A stretch of DNA of 64,000 nt from Desulfosudaceae bacterium. Its GTDB lineage: Bacteria > Desulfobacterota > Desulfobacteria > Desulfobacterales > Desulfosudaceae. The stretch covers positions 672,001-736,000 of the forward strand of contig CAXXDV010000001.1 in NCBI GenBank assembly GCA_963674745.2. Direction: 5' to 3'. Under the pieces are notes generated by a model. That model saw only the letters and a list, made by a program, of their open reading frames with translations, had not been told where the DNA came from and did no database searches. The position numbers and the translations under genes are program-made. Below, piece by piece: positions 51,553 to 61,707 of this stretch (positions are counted from its first letter, which is position 1; every line of letters begins with the position of its first letter).

Positions 51553-54500
51553 TCAATGACATAGCGTCTGTAAGAAGCATCCGCCGCCCCCGCCTCCTCC
51601 GCCATTAGCACCGGTATCGTCACCGCCGCCGTCACCATCATTGCTGATAAACAGGGCCGGGCCGGAAGGATCTTCAATAACGCCGTTCGCAATGCCGTCC
51701 GCGTCCCCGATCCCGCCGTCCTGCAGGGTCAACGTTACCGACATGCGGTCCCCGCTGATGACGGCATGAGCCGTATAATCATACCAGCCGTTGACGGAAT
51801 CATGTTTATACCAGATCGCTCCTTCAGGAATCGGTTGGGAACAATAAATTGTCAATTCAACGGTGTCGCCGATGAAAGCCGTCAACACCCGGAACGACAC
51901 CAGTCCCAGCGGAAAGGCGTCCGGCCGGTTGGTGGTGTCGGGCACTGTCGCGTCGTCGACCCATTCCAGGTATTCCAGCATGATTTCATCCGGAAGAACG
52001 ACCCCGAAGTACAGCCCTGAACCGTTGGAGACCACGGCGATGTTGTTCTGATCCCCATCCGGTATGCCGTTACCGTCCAGGTCAAGATCATCCGGCAGCT
52101 CCTCACCGGGTGTCCAGATAACTGTAAATTCGGCGCTAACCGCGATGTCGGCCATGACATTGATATCCCGCCGGGTCGCGGTGGTAACGCCGTCACTCCA
52201 CCTCAGAAACCGATAGCCTTCATCCGGACTGGCCGTGACCGGTGATCCGTCCGCACCCTGACGGATTGTCTGGTAACTGTCACCGATGATGGCGCCATGA
52301 TCGCCGGCCGTGTAATCCAGCGTAAAGGTGTTGACAGCCTCTTCAAAAACAGCCGTCACCAGGATATTTGAGGTCACATCGGTGTCCAGGCGCGGGTTCT
52401 CAACAGATCCATCGTCCCATTGGACGAAGTCATAACCGGGGTCAGGTACGGCCAGAACTTCCGAACCGTCGCCGCCATGGCTGACCCGTTGGGGACTGAT
52501 ACCGCTGATACGACCATTGGCACCGGCCGCGTATTCGAGGACGTAAATGTTTCTGGCAAAAACGGCTGTTGCGGCCAGATCGGCGGTGACATTCAGGTCG
52601 GTCCGGTAGGCACCGGCCACGCCGTCACTCCAGCGCACAAAATGATAACCGCTGCGGGGCATCGCCCTGACAGCCGCGCCGTCCGTTCCGTAATCGACCG
52701 TCTGGGGATTCGGGCCCACAACACTCCCGCCACTGCCGGCGGTATAGGTCAGGGTATAAGTGTTAATGGGCGCCACAGCGGTCACGCTGATATCGGCCGC
52801 GGGCATGGTCAGGGTGGTATCGGCCTGATTGGTATCCGCCACCCAGGCGGTCTGACCGGTCCAATGCGAAAACGTATGGCCGACGGGAACCGTGGCTGAG
52901 ATGGCGACATTTACCCCGGGCAGGTAGTTCCCACCGCCGGTGCCGTCGTTTACCGTCAGTGTAAACGTCGCGGCTCCCTGGGTCTTATATTCGGCCGTCA
53001 CCGCCGCGGCCGACGAGGGCATGACCAGGGTGGTGTCCGGCAGGTTGATGTTGGCAAGGGTGGCCGTGTCCCCGGTCCACTGGTCGAACACCATGCCGGC
53101 CGGGGATGGATCCGCTGCCAGCAGAACCGTTTCACCGGGCAGATAATCCCCGCTGCCGCTGCCGGATGTAACCGTCAACGGATAGGTGACGGCGCCCTGG
53201 GCCTTGAAGGTGGCGGTTACGGTTGTCACCGCACCGGGCATGAACAAGGTGGTGTCCGGCAGGTTAACGTTGACGATGGTGGCGGTGTCCCCGGTCCATT
53301 GGTCGAACACCATGCCGGGCGAGGGGGCATCCGCCGCCAGCGTCACCGTATCACCGGGCAGATAATCCCCGCTGCCGCTGCCGTCAACGACGGTAAGCGA
53401 ATAGGCTGTGGTGCCCGGATCCTTGTAAGTGGCCGTTACGATCACATTCCCGTCGGGTATGGTGACGGTCGTGTTGGGCTGATAGATATTGGCCACCGTC
53501 CCGGTATCGCCGGTCCACTGGTCGAACACCAGGCCGGCCGCGGGCGGATCGGCGGCAATGGTGACCACATCTTCAAACGGGTATGTTCCGTCGCCCACGC
53601 CGCTGTTGACCGTCAGGATATAATTGTTGATCGTCCACTGGGCGTAAAGGGTCACGTCGCCGGCACCCATGGCAAAGGTGTCACCGCCGGTGTAGCCGGT
53701 TCCGCTGCCGTTGGCGGCCGTGTTCCAACCGCTGAACGTATGGCCGGTTTTGACCAGGGAGCCGGTATTGCCCAGCACGGTTACTGTATTGGTAATATTG
53801 TAGGTATTCCCGTCCACCGGGACGCTGCCGCCGCTATTGGTGTTGCCGTTGTAAGTCACGCTGTAGGGAATGGCCGTCCACTGGGCGTAGAGCGTCACGT
53901 TACTGCTGCCCATGGCAAAGGTGTCACCGCTGGTGTAGCCGGTACCGCTGCCGTTGGCGGCCGTGTTCCAGCCGGCGAAGGTGTAGCCGGTCTTGACCAG
54001 GGAGCCGGTGTTGCCCAGGACGGTTACCGTATTGGTGATATTGTAGGTATTGCCGTCCACGGGAACGCTGCCGCCGGTATTGGTGTTGCCGTTGTAAGTC
54101 ACGGTATAATCGATGGCCGTCCACCGGGCGTAGAGCGTAACATTGCCGGTAATGCCGAAGGTATCGCCCCCGGTATAACTGGTGCCGCTGCCGTTACTGA
54201 CCGTGTTCCAGCCGGCAAAGGTATAGCCCGTACGCACCAGACTGCCGGTGTTACCCAGCACCGTGGCCGTGTCGCCATAGGTATAAACCGTCCCGTCCAC
54301 GGGCACCGCACCGCCGGTATTGGTGTTGCCGTTGTAAGTCACGCTGTAGGGAATGGCCGTCCACTGGGCATAGAGCGTCACATTGCTGCTGCCCATGGCA
54401 AAGGTGTCGCCGCCGTTGTAACTGGTACCGCTGCCGTTGGCCGCCGTGTTCCAGCCGTTAAAGGTATAGCCGGTTTTGACCAGGGAACCGGTATTGCCCA

Positions 54501-57477
54501 GCACCGTCACCGTATCCGTGATGTGATAGGTGTTGCCGTCCGTCGGCGCCGCCCCGCCGGTGTTGGTGTTGCCGTTATAGGTAACCGCGTAATTGACGGC
54601 CGACCACTGGGCGTAAAGCGTGACATTGCTGAGACCGATGGCAAAGGTATCGCCGCCGGTATAGCTGGTGCCGCTGCCATCGGCGGCCGTATTCCAGCCG
54701 GTAAAAGTATAACCGGTGCGCACCAGACTGCCGGTATTGCCCAGAACCGTGGCCGTGTCGGTATAGTGATAGCTCGTGCCATCTGTAGGCACCGCGCCGC
54801 CGGTGTTGCTGTTGCCGTTGTAAGTGACGGAATACGTGATCTCCGTCCATTGGGCATAGAGCGTCACATTGCTGCTGCCCATGGCAAAGGTGTCGCCGCC
54901 GTTGTAACTGGTGCCGCTGCCGTTGGCAGCCGTGTTCCAGCCGGAGAAAGTATAACTGGTCTTTACCAGGGAGCCGGTGTTGCCCAGGACGGTCACCGTA
55001 TTGGTAATGTTATAGGTGTTGCCGTCGGTCGGCACCGCTCCGCCGGTGTTGGTGTTACCGTCGTAGGTGACCGTGTAATCGATGGCTGTCCATTGGGCGT
55101 AAAGCGTCACATTGCTGAGACCGATGGCAAAGGTGTCGCCGCCGGTATAGCTGGTGCCGCTGCCGTCGGCGGCCGTGTTCCAGCCGGCAAAGGTATAACC
55201 GGTGCGCACCAGGCTGCCGGTGTTGCCCAGGACGGTCACCGTATCCCCGTCGGCATAGCTGCTGCCGTCCGTGGGAACCGCTCCGCCGGTATTGCCGTTT
55301 CCGTCGTAGGCCACCTTGTAACCGCCCAGGGTAATGTTATCAAAGTTGAGCTGGTTAACGCTGCCGCCGGTCACGGTGATATCAAAACGAAGCTCGGTGA
55401 CATCGACAAAAGCGGAAAAATCCAGCCCCAGGAGGGCCAACGAGTAGGCCAGGCCGTTGTACATGGTAAAGCTGGAAATGGATTGACTGGTCGTTCCCCC
55501 GGCATTCAAATCGGCCGTAATCGTGATCGATACCACCCGATCGGCGCCGTAGGGACTGAACTCCATGTCCCCCAGGTCAAACATCGACAGGTTGGTGCCG
55601 TCCGGCTTGATGACGATCCCGGTTTCCGTTGCATTGGATGAGCTGTAATACATGCTGGTGATGTCATTGGTGAAGGTATCCGATACCAGAAACCGGTTGC
55701 CCTGGGGTTTGAAGCCGCCGCTGGCCGCGCCCAGGGCGCTAAAATCGTATTTGGGAAGCCCGGCCGGATCGGTGGTGTGGTTGATGATATTGGTGCCGGT
55801 AGCGGTCAGGTAGTTTTCCCCGCCTCCGGAACCGTCAAACTCATAAACGGCTGTTCGGTATTCGGTGCCGGCCGACAGGCCGGCAATACGCGTATGGTTT
55901 TCAGTCCCGATATAGACGCATTTCCAGCCGCCGCCGATGTCCGCGGCCGTGCCAAAATTCGCATCAGCGGTGTACTCGGTGCCGTCCGTCACCGTGGGGG
56001 TGCCGGTATTGCCCGCTTTGATAAACATGATCCGGCTGGTGCCGTTTCCGTTTACCCAGTAAACATCCATGGTCGTCGTGCTGGTGCTGGCCACCTTCAG
56101 GCCGGACGCCTGCGTGGTTGGTTCGGTGCCAAGCACGTACTCATCCGGATCGGAAATGGTGATGTTGCCGAAGTTTATATTTAAGACCTGGTCGGTGGTG
56201 ATATCGAAACGAAGTTCAGTGACGTCATTAAAAGCTGAAAAATCCATGCCCATGAAGGACAGGGAATACGGTATGCCCAGGTACATGGTAAAATTGTTGA
56301 CGGTCTGGCTGGTTGTACCACCGGCTTTCAGGTCCGCCGTAACCGTAACGGTAACCGTGCGGTCGGCATCATAGGGGATGAGTTCCAGGTCGACCAGGTC
56401 AAATGAAAAAAGGGTTGTGGCATTGGGTTTGATCACCATCCCTGTAACGGAGGCGCCGGAATCGTTATAATACATACTGGTACCGTCATTGGTGAACGTC
56501 TCACTGACCAGGTAGCGGCCGCCCTGGGGCTTGAATCCGCCGCTGGCCGCGCCCAGGCTGCTGAAGTCTTTCTTGTCTAGACCGGCCGGACTGGTGGAGT
56601 GGTTGATGATGTTGGTGCCGATTGACGTCAGATAGGCTTCGCCGCCGCCGGTGCCGTCAAATTCATAGACTACCATCCGGTATTCCGTATTGGCGGCCAG
56701 GCCGGTAATGGACAGCAAGTGACCGGTGTCCCGATACACGCATTTCCAGCCGCCGCCAATGTCCGTGGCTGCCGAAAAATCCGCGTTGGCCGTATACACG
56801 ATGCCGTCAGTAACCGTGGGGGCGCCGGTATTGGCCTGCTTGGCAAATACGATGCGTTTGGTGCCGTTTCCGTTCTGCCAGTATATGTTAATGACCGTGG
56901 TGGCGTTGCTGGCCGCCTTGAGGTTCGAGGCCTGCACGGTCGGAGTTGTGCCGGACGCGACCGGCGCCTGCTCGTCGGTAATCGTGATATTGTCGAAGTT
57001 AATGTTATATACCAGGGAGCTCACCACGGTCAGGTCAATTCTGAGTTCGGTAACGTCATTAAAGGCGCTGAAGTTCATGCCCATGGCCGTCAGGGAGGTC
57101 GCTGCCGTTAAACCATAATTTGAGACCGACTGGCTGGTGGTGCCGCCGGCCTTCAGATCCGCGTGAACGGCAATTGACACCGTATAGGTGCCGCCATAGG
57201 GGCTGATGGTCATGTTGCCCAGGTCAAAGGAAGACAGGTTGGTGCCATCCGGCTTGATAACCATGTCGGTGACGGTCGAATTGACGCTGTCATTGTAATA
57301 CATGCTGGTGCCGTCATTGGTAAACGTTTCCGTCACCAGAAACCGGTTGCCCTGGGGTTTGAAACCGCCGCTGGCCGCACCGAGATTGGAAAAATCATAC
57401 ACGGCGGCAGAAGCGGGCAGGGCCAGGGTAATAAGTAAAAACAGCACTGGGACAAACCGACAAACGGACTTTTTCAT
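51553..57477 (-). CDS. Large cell-surface protein: duplicated N-terminal domains, InlB B-repeats, choice-of-anchor U domain, Gly-rich CF sorting tail
   Basis: Signal peptide; 7 x GYTFxGWNT..VTLYAQW repeats; 7 divergent B-like repeats; VTLTLQDGG.GDADG.ANG.I.DP; ends GGGGGGGGCFLQTLCH. Confidence 0.85.
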   Translation of the reverse strand: MKKSVCRFVPVLFLLITLALPASAAVYDFSNLGAASGGFKPQGNRFLVTETFTNDGTSMYYNDSVNSTVTDMVIKPDGTNLSSFDLGNMTISPYGGTYTVSIAVHADLKAGGTTSQSVSNYGLTAATSLTAMGMNFSAFNDVTELRIDLTVVSSLVYNINFDNITITDEQAPVASGTTPTVQASNLKAASNATTVINIYWQNGNGTKRIVFAKQANTGAPTVTDGIVYTANADFSAATDIGGGWKCVYRDTGHLLSITGLAANTEYRMVVYEFDGTGGGEAYLTSIGTNIINHSTSPAGLDKKDFSSLGAASGGFKPQGGRYLVSETFTNDGTSMYYNDSGASVTGMVIKPNATTLFSFDLVDLELIPYDADRTVTVTVTADLKAGGTTSQTVNNFTMYLGIPYSLSFMGMDFSAFNDVTELRFDITTDQVLNINFGNITISDPDEYVLGTEPTTQASGLKVASTSTTTMDVYWVNGNGTSRIMFIKAGNTGTPTVTDGTEYTADANFGTAADIGGGWKCVYIGTENHTRIAGLSAGTEYRTAVYEFDGSGGGENYLTATGTNIINHTTDPAGLPKYDFSALGAASGGFKPQGNRFLVSDTFTNDITSMYYSSSNATETGIVIKPDGTNLSMFDLGDMEFSPYGADRVVSITITADLNAGGTTSQSISSFTMYNGLAYSLALLGLDFSAFVDVTELRFDITVTGGSVNQLNFDNITLGGYKVAYDGNGNTGGAVPTDGSSYADGDTVTVLGNTGSLVRTGYTFAGWNTAADGSGTSYTGGDTFAIGLSNVTLYAQWTAIDYTVTYDGNTNTGGAVPTDGNTYNITNTVTVLGNTGSLVKTSYTFSGWNTAANGSGTSYNGGDTFAMGSSNVTLYAQWTEITYSVTYNGNSNTGGAVPTDGTSYHYTDTATVLGNTGSLVRTGYTFTGWNTAADGSGTSYTGGDTFAIGLSNVTLYAQWSAVNYAVTYNGNTNTGGAAPTDGNTYHITDTVTVLGNTGSLVKTGYTFNGWNTAANGSGTSYNGGDTFAMGSSNVTLYAQWTAIPYSVTYNGNTNTGGAVPVDGTVYTYGDTATVLGNTGSLVRTGYTFAGWNTVSNGSGTSYTGGDTFGITGNVTLYARWTAIDYTVTYNGNTNTGGSVPVDGNTYNITNTVTVLGNTGSLVKTGYTFAGWNTAANGSGTGYTSGDTFAMGSSNVTLYAQWTAIPYSVTYNGNTNSGGSVPVDGNTYNITNTVTVLGNTGSLVKTGHTFSGWNTAANGSGTGYTGGDTFAMGAGDVTLYAQWTINNYILTVNSGVGDGTYPFEDVVTIAADPPAAGLVFDQWTGDTGTVANIYQPNTTVTIPDGNVIVTATYKDPGTTAYSLTVVDGSGSGDYLPGDTVTLAADAPSPGMVFDQWTGDTATIVNVNLPDTTLFMPGAVTTVTATFKAQGAVTYPLTVTSGSGSGDYLPGETVLLAADPSPAGMVFDQWTGDTATLANINLPDTTLVMPSSAAAVTAEYKTQGAATFTLTVNDGTGGGNYLPGVNVAISATVPVGHTFSHWTGQTAWVADTNQADTTLTMPAADISVTAVAPINTYTLTYTAGSGGSVVGPNPQTVDYGTDGAAVRAMPRSGYHFVRWSDGVAGAYRTDLNVTADLAATAVFARNIYVLEYAAGANGRISGISPQRVSHGGDGSEVLAVPDPGYDFVQWDDGSVENPRLDTDVTSNILVTAVFEEAVNTFTLDYTAGDHGAIIGDSYQTIRQGADGSPVTASPDEGYRFLRWSDGVTTATRRDINVMADIAVSAEFTVIWTPGEELPDDLDLDGNGIPDGDQNNIAVVSNGSGLYFGVVLPDEIMLEYLEWVDDATVPDTTNRPDAFPLGLVSFRVLTAFIGDTVELTIYCSQPIPEGAIWYKHDSVNGWYDYTAHAVISGDRMSVTLTLQDGGIGDADGIANGVIEDPSGPALFISNDGDGGGDDTGANGGGGGGGGCFLQTLCH
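53635..55320 (-). repeat. Seven tandem ~240-bp intragenic repeats (InlB B-repeat domains)
   Basis: Near-identical DNA and protein units inside the 1974-aa ORF. Confidence 0.85.
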
Positions 57478-57718
57478 TTCAAAAGTTCCTTATTCGATTT
57501 TAATTTTTCTGGTTCAAACGCAGAACGCGATCCGTGAAACACTTCGAAAAACCCGATATGCTTCAAAACATCATATTAATTTAAGATATTATATAATAAA
57601 CCCCGGTTTTTTGACAGTAATATTTTATCTTCCATCATAAAAGGTGGCGCCCGGGTTCGAGGTTTGAGGGACCGGTTTCAGAAAAGGGGGGGCGGCGGTA
57701 AAACCTTAAAATGCTTAC

Positions 57719-58726
57719 TTAAAGGCACTTTCGTTTCAACTGTAATACGCGTGAGACCGAACGCAGGGAGGCCTCACGGGCCGACTCGTCTGAGCAGATC
57801 TTTTCCAGAAGCGTGTCAAAGGCGGCCTGCCGGGCCGGCCCCCGATGACAGACCATGGCCAGGTCGATATCCGCTTCAATTACACGCCTGATCACGGTTT
57901 TTATATCATAATGCCGGACAATGGCCCCCATATCCAGGTCATCGGTCATGACCACGCCGTCAAATCCCATTTTATCACGAAGCAGGGTTTTGACAATTTT
58001 GACAGACATACCGGCCGGCCAGTCCCTGTCCCAGCCGGTATAGAGGATATGGGACAGCATGACGGCGGAAACATCACTGTCAATGGCCGCCTGAAAAGGG
58101 ACCAGGTCGGTGGCGGCCATTTCGTCCGGACCTGTTTCCAAAGAGGGCCGGTCAATATGAGAATCGGCAGTGGTGCGGCCCAGGCCGGGGAAATGTTTGG
58201 CCACTGCCATAATGCCGCCGGCCTGCAGACTGTCGATCACCCGGCACCCGAGACGGGCCACGTTTTGGGGGTTACCCGGAAACGACCGGTCTTTCATGAT
58301 ACTGTTTTCACATAATGAAGCAACATCCATGACCGGCGCGAAGTTCATGTTGACACCGATGTGCCCCAGTTCAACGGCGGATATCCGCCCAAACCGATCC
58401 GCCGCATCATAATCGTTAATATGCGCATTCCCCGGAAACAGGGTAAACGGTTCCCGTAACCGGGCCACGGTTCCACCCTCCTGGTCAATGGCGATCAACA
58501 GCGGCGGCAGGCCGCAGTCAGCCGCGCAGGATTGCGCAGCGGCGCACATCTCCCTTATATCTTCCGGGCCTTCCAGGTTTCCGGAAAACAATATAATGCC
58601 GGCGACATTCAGTTGTTCGATCAGAAACCTTAAATCGTCATTAAAGCCGGGGCCGTCAAAACCGGCGATCAGGCGCTGACCGGCCAGCATTTTGTCCGGA
58701 AAAGAGGACGGATTCATAAGATGCAC
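57719..58726 (-). CDS. nagZ: Beta-N-acetylhexosaminidase (GH3)
   Basis: IDQEGG.V.R, NFAPV.D, KHFPGLG..DSH, TDDLDMGA; start may be 58717. Confidence 0.92.
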   Translation of the reverse strand: MHLMNPSSFPDKMLAGQRLIAGFDGPGFNDDLRFLIEQLNVAGIILFSGNLEGPEDIREMCAAAQSCAADCGLPPLLIAIDQEGGTVARLREPFTLFPGNAHINDYDAADRFGRISAVELGHIGVNMNFAPVMDVASLCENSIMKDRSFPGNPQNVARLGCRVIDSLQAGGIMAVAKHFPGLGRTTADSHIDRPSLETGPDEMAATDLVPFQAAIDSDVSAVMLSHILYTGWDRDWPAGMSVKIVKTLLRDKMGFDGVVMTDDLDMGAIVRHYDIKTVIRRVIEADIDLAMVCHRGPARQAAFDTLLEKICSDESAREASLRSVSRVLQLKRKCL

Positions 58727-58732
58727 CTTTCT

Positions 58733-59536
58733 TCACCCTGTGGTTTTACGAAACCGGGACACCTGCCGGGAAATCGCGATCAGCTCATTTTTTTCATCCC
58801 ATACCCGGGCGTCTTCCTCGACCACCCCGTGACTGAGAAAAAGTGATCGAAACACACATTTCAGCCATGCGGATTGGGGGTTATTGCGGACATTGATGGA
58901 CATTTCAATGGTCGGCACCCAGGCCACCGCCCCCTGGCTGGCCAGGATCGGCGGCGGAAAGGCATCGGCCGCCAGAAGTGCCGACAAGGCGTCAAACGGC
59001 CGATCATCACGAAACCTTATCCACCCCCTGTGCTCCGATTCTTCCGACAGCTTGCCGGTCGTCATCCAGCCGGCACAGGCCGGGTCCAGTCTGACCTCCA
59101 GATGATCGAACATGGTATAACCGGGAAGGCTCGGCATTTCGATACATTGCTCAAGCCCGGGAAGCTCGGGCGCGGCGGCTTCATACCGCTTCTCACCGGT
59201 ATCGTTACCTTCATCCGTCATGGTACAGAAAGCCCGGATTCTGGGAGTTCCCTCCTGAAGCAAGGTGGCCTGCCAGCGGTCAAAATAACGGGAGCCGCCC
59301 AGATATTCCAGCCCGATCTCCGCCGGACCCGGCCTACAGCGGGCAATAAAATTGGCGGTCACGATCAGGGGCCACTGTTTACCGGCGCTTTTTTGCACGG
59401 CGTTGGCCAGCATGGCCATAAGATAACCGCCATCGGGATTTTTATCCACGGACCAGTTTTCGGAAACCGTCGCCTGAAACGTTTCCGGCGTCTGCAAAAT
59501 CACTTCGATATCCCTGTCAAATTGATACATTGCCAC
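58733..59536 (-). CDS. Acyl-CoA thioesterase-family protein (TesB-like double hotdog)
   Basis: W..PDGGY, DAFPP, WVPTIE, EED..VWD..L.AISRQ. Confidence 0.85.
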   Translation of the reverse strand: MAMYQFDRDIEVILQTPETFQATVSENWSVDKNPDGGYLMAMLANAVQKSAGKQWPLIVTANFIARCRPGPAEIGLEYLGGSRYFDRWQATLLQEGTPRIRAFCTMTDEGNDTGEKRYEAAAPELPGLEQCIEMPSLPGYTMFDHLEVRLDPACAGWMTTGKLSEESEHRGWIRFRDDRPFDALSALLAADAFPPPILASQGAVAWVPTIEMSINVRNNPQSAWLKCVFRSLFLSHGVVEEDARVWDEKNELIAISRQVSRFRKTTG

Positions 59537-59689
59537 TCCTTCCCGTCTAAAATAACCAGAGGCCCCAAGACATGGGTTTTACATTAAATATCATGCCGGC
59601 GGTAAGCATGCAACCGCAACCCCGGCTCCTTTATGTAAGTTACCGGACGGGAACTCACGAAGGGACAGCCGCGGGAATTGTTTTTCTTT

Positions 59690-59768
59690 GGGCGGCCACG
59701 GGGGGCCGCCCCTACGGATCGTGGAGCGCGTTCATGGATATTGTAGGGGCAGGCCCCTGTGCCTGCCC
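59690..59768. repeat. GTAG-family REP pair
   Basis: GGGCGGCCACGGGGGGCCGCCCCTAC (59690-59715) and GTAGGGGCAGGCCCCTGTGCCTGCCC (59743-59768). Confidence 0.8.
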
Positions 59769-59942
59769 GTTTACCGCGCGATCACAGGGGGGCGGAGACG
59801 GTAGGTCGGTAAGGTAATCACAAAATTTCCGGCATGACTTCAAAAATGGGGTTGCGGTGCTGGCTTTTTTGTGACAAGACGATTTTAATTAGGCATACTA
59901 AATGTTTTTTAATATAAATCAAATAAACTAAATGAGGCTGTT

Positions 59943-61346
59943 ATGGGCGGGGTTTTTGGTTGTGCCACGAAAAATGACTGCGTGTTGGACCTGTTTTACG
60001 GGATAGACTACCTGTCTCATCTGGGAACCCGAAGGGCCGGAATGGCCGTATGGAACACGTCCGGGATTAAACGAAAAATACACAGCCTGGAAAGTTCATA
60101 TTTCAGGACCAAATTTGAATCGGATCTGCCGGAACTGACAGGCGGCACCGGCATCGGCGTCATCAGCGATCATGAAGACCAACCCATCCTCATGCGTTCC
60201 CACCTGGGCACCTTCGGACTGGTAACAGTTTCAAAAATCAATAATATTGAAGAACTGGCGGAAAAGGCCTTGAGCAAGAAACAGCATTTTTCCGAACTTA
60301 GCCCCATCGGCATTAATCCCACGGAACTGGTGGCCATGCTGATCTGCGAACAGGATTCGTTTGAAGCCGGAATCGCCTATGCCCAAAGCCTGATCAAAGG
60401 ATCCTGTACCCTGCTGCTGCTGGCCGACAATTCGATATACGCCGCCCGGGACAAGTTGGGTCGGACCCCGATTATTATCGGTAAAAAAGACGGGGCTTTT
60501 GCGGTATCCACCGAGACCTGTGCTTTTCCCAACCTGGGATATATGGTGGAAAAAGACATCGGCCCGGGTGAAATCGTCCGTATTACGGGCGACGGGTATG
60601 AACAGCTTAAGCCGCCGGGCGATAAAATGCAGATCTGCTCATTTTTATGGGTTTACTATGGATATCCGGCTTCCGCCTACGAAGGCATAAATGTGGAATG
60701 CGTCCGTTACAAGTGCGGCAATGCCCTGGCCAGAAACGACGACGTGGAGATTGATTTTGTGGCCGGCATTCCGGATTCGGGCATCGGTCACGCGGTGGGA
60801 TATGCCAATGAAAAGCGTGTCCGCTATAAACGGCCCTATGTCAAATACACCCCGACCTGGCCGAGAAGCTTCATGCCCCAGAACCAGGAGGTCCGTAACC
60901 TGGTGGCCAGGATGAAACTGATCCCCATCGCCGACCTGATCAAAGGCCAACGGATCCTGTTCTGTGAGGACTCCATTGTCCGGGGAACCCAGTTACAGGA
61001 CAACGTGGAGCTGTTGTTCAATACCGGCGCCAAAGAGGTGCACATGCGACCGGCCTGCCCTGTCCTGATTTATCCCTGCGAATTTCTAAATTTTTCCCAG
61101 TCCCGGTCCACCCTCGACCTGGCTGGCAGAAAAGCCATTTTAGAAATAGAAGGCCGGGAGGATGCCAACCTGGAACGTTATGCCACGGCCGGCACGGATG
61201 AAAATAAAGCCATGATCGAAGGCATTCGAAAACGGCTGAAGCTGACCACGCTGAAGTTTCAAACCATGAACGATCTGGTCGGCGCCATCGGCCTGCCCAA
61301 GGATAAGTTGTGTACGCATTGCTGGGACGGCTCCAGCTACTTCTGA
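59943..61346 (+). CDS. purF: Amidophosphoribosyltransferase (variant lacking N-terminal Cys)
   Basis: ARDKLGRTP, CSF.WVY, GIPDSG, EDSIVRGT, CTHCWDG; starts MGGVFG. Confidence 0.88.
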   Translation: MGGVFGCATKNDCVLDLFYGIDYLSHLGTRRAGMAVWNTSGIKRKIHSLESSYFRTKFESDLPELTGGTGIGVISDHEDQPILMRSHLGTFGLVTVSKINNIEELAEKALSKKQHFSELSPIGINPTELVAMLICEQDSFEAGIAYAQSLIKGSCTLLLLADNSIYAARDKLGRTPIIIGKKDGAFAVSTETCAFPNLGYMVEKDIGPGEIVRITGDGYEQLKPPGDKMQICSFLWVYYGYPASAYEGINVECVRYKCGNALARNDDVEIDFVAGIPDSGIGHAVGYANEKRVRYKRPYVKYTPTWPRSFMPQNQEVRNLVARMKLIPIADLIKGQRILFCEDSIVRGTQLQDNVELLFNTGAKEVHMRPACPVLIYPCEFLNFSQSRSTLDLAGRKAILEIEGREDANLERYATAGTDENKAMIEGIRKRLKLTTLKFQTMNDLVGAIGLPKDKLCTHCWDGSSYF

Positions 61347-61588
61347 TGACTTCGTCAGACGCCGAATATCTGCGTTGCACTTCATCCCTCGGGATTTCAC
61401 GGACTAACAGGTGATTAGGTGTTTATGTGATTAAGTGGTTAAAAGGACGGGGTTTGAGATTGGGGTTCAGCCCGCTACGCGGGGGAATGTTCGAGGTTTG
61501 AGCTTAAAAAGGCACAATCGTGTACTCGTGTAGGGGCAACCCCCTGTGGTTGCCCTTTTGTCGTGCGGCCACAGGAGGCCGCCCCGAC
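61344..61588. repeat. Stacked repeats: decayed IS-end element, GTGATTAA octamers (61409-61460), GTAG REP pair (61530-61588)
   Basis: Units match those at 1688-1771, 8740-8790, 31421-31500 and 51394-51451. Confidence 0.7.
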
Positions 61589-61707
61589 AACAGTCGACAG
61601 CGATCTGCAACACAGAAGCAAAAAAACCATAAAATATTCGGCCTAAAAAATATCGTTTGAGTCATCAGAATCGTTCAGAATCGGGTAAATCAAGCATTCT
61701 CGCCTGT

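Noticed and set aside
53299..55641. 780-aa + strand ORF
   Set aside because: Antisense shadow of the repetitive 1974-aa gene; no independent motifs
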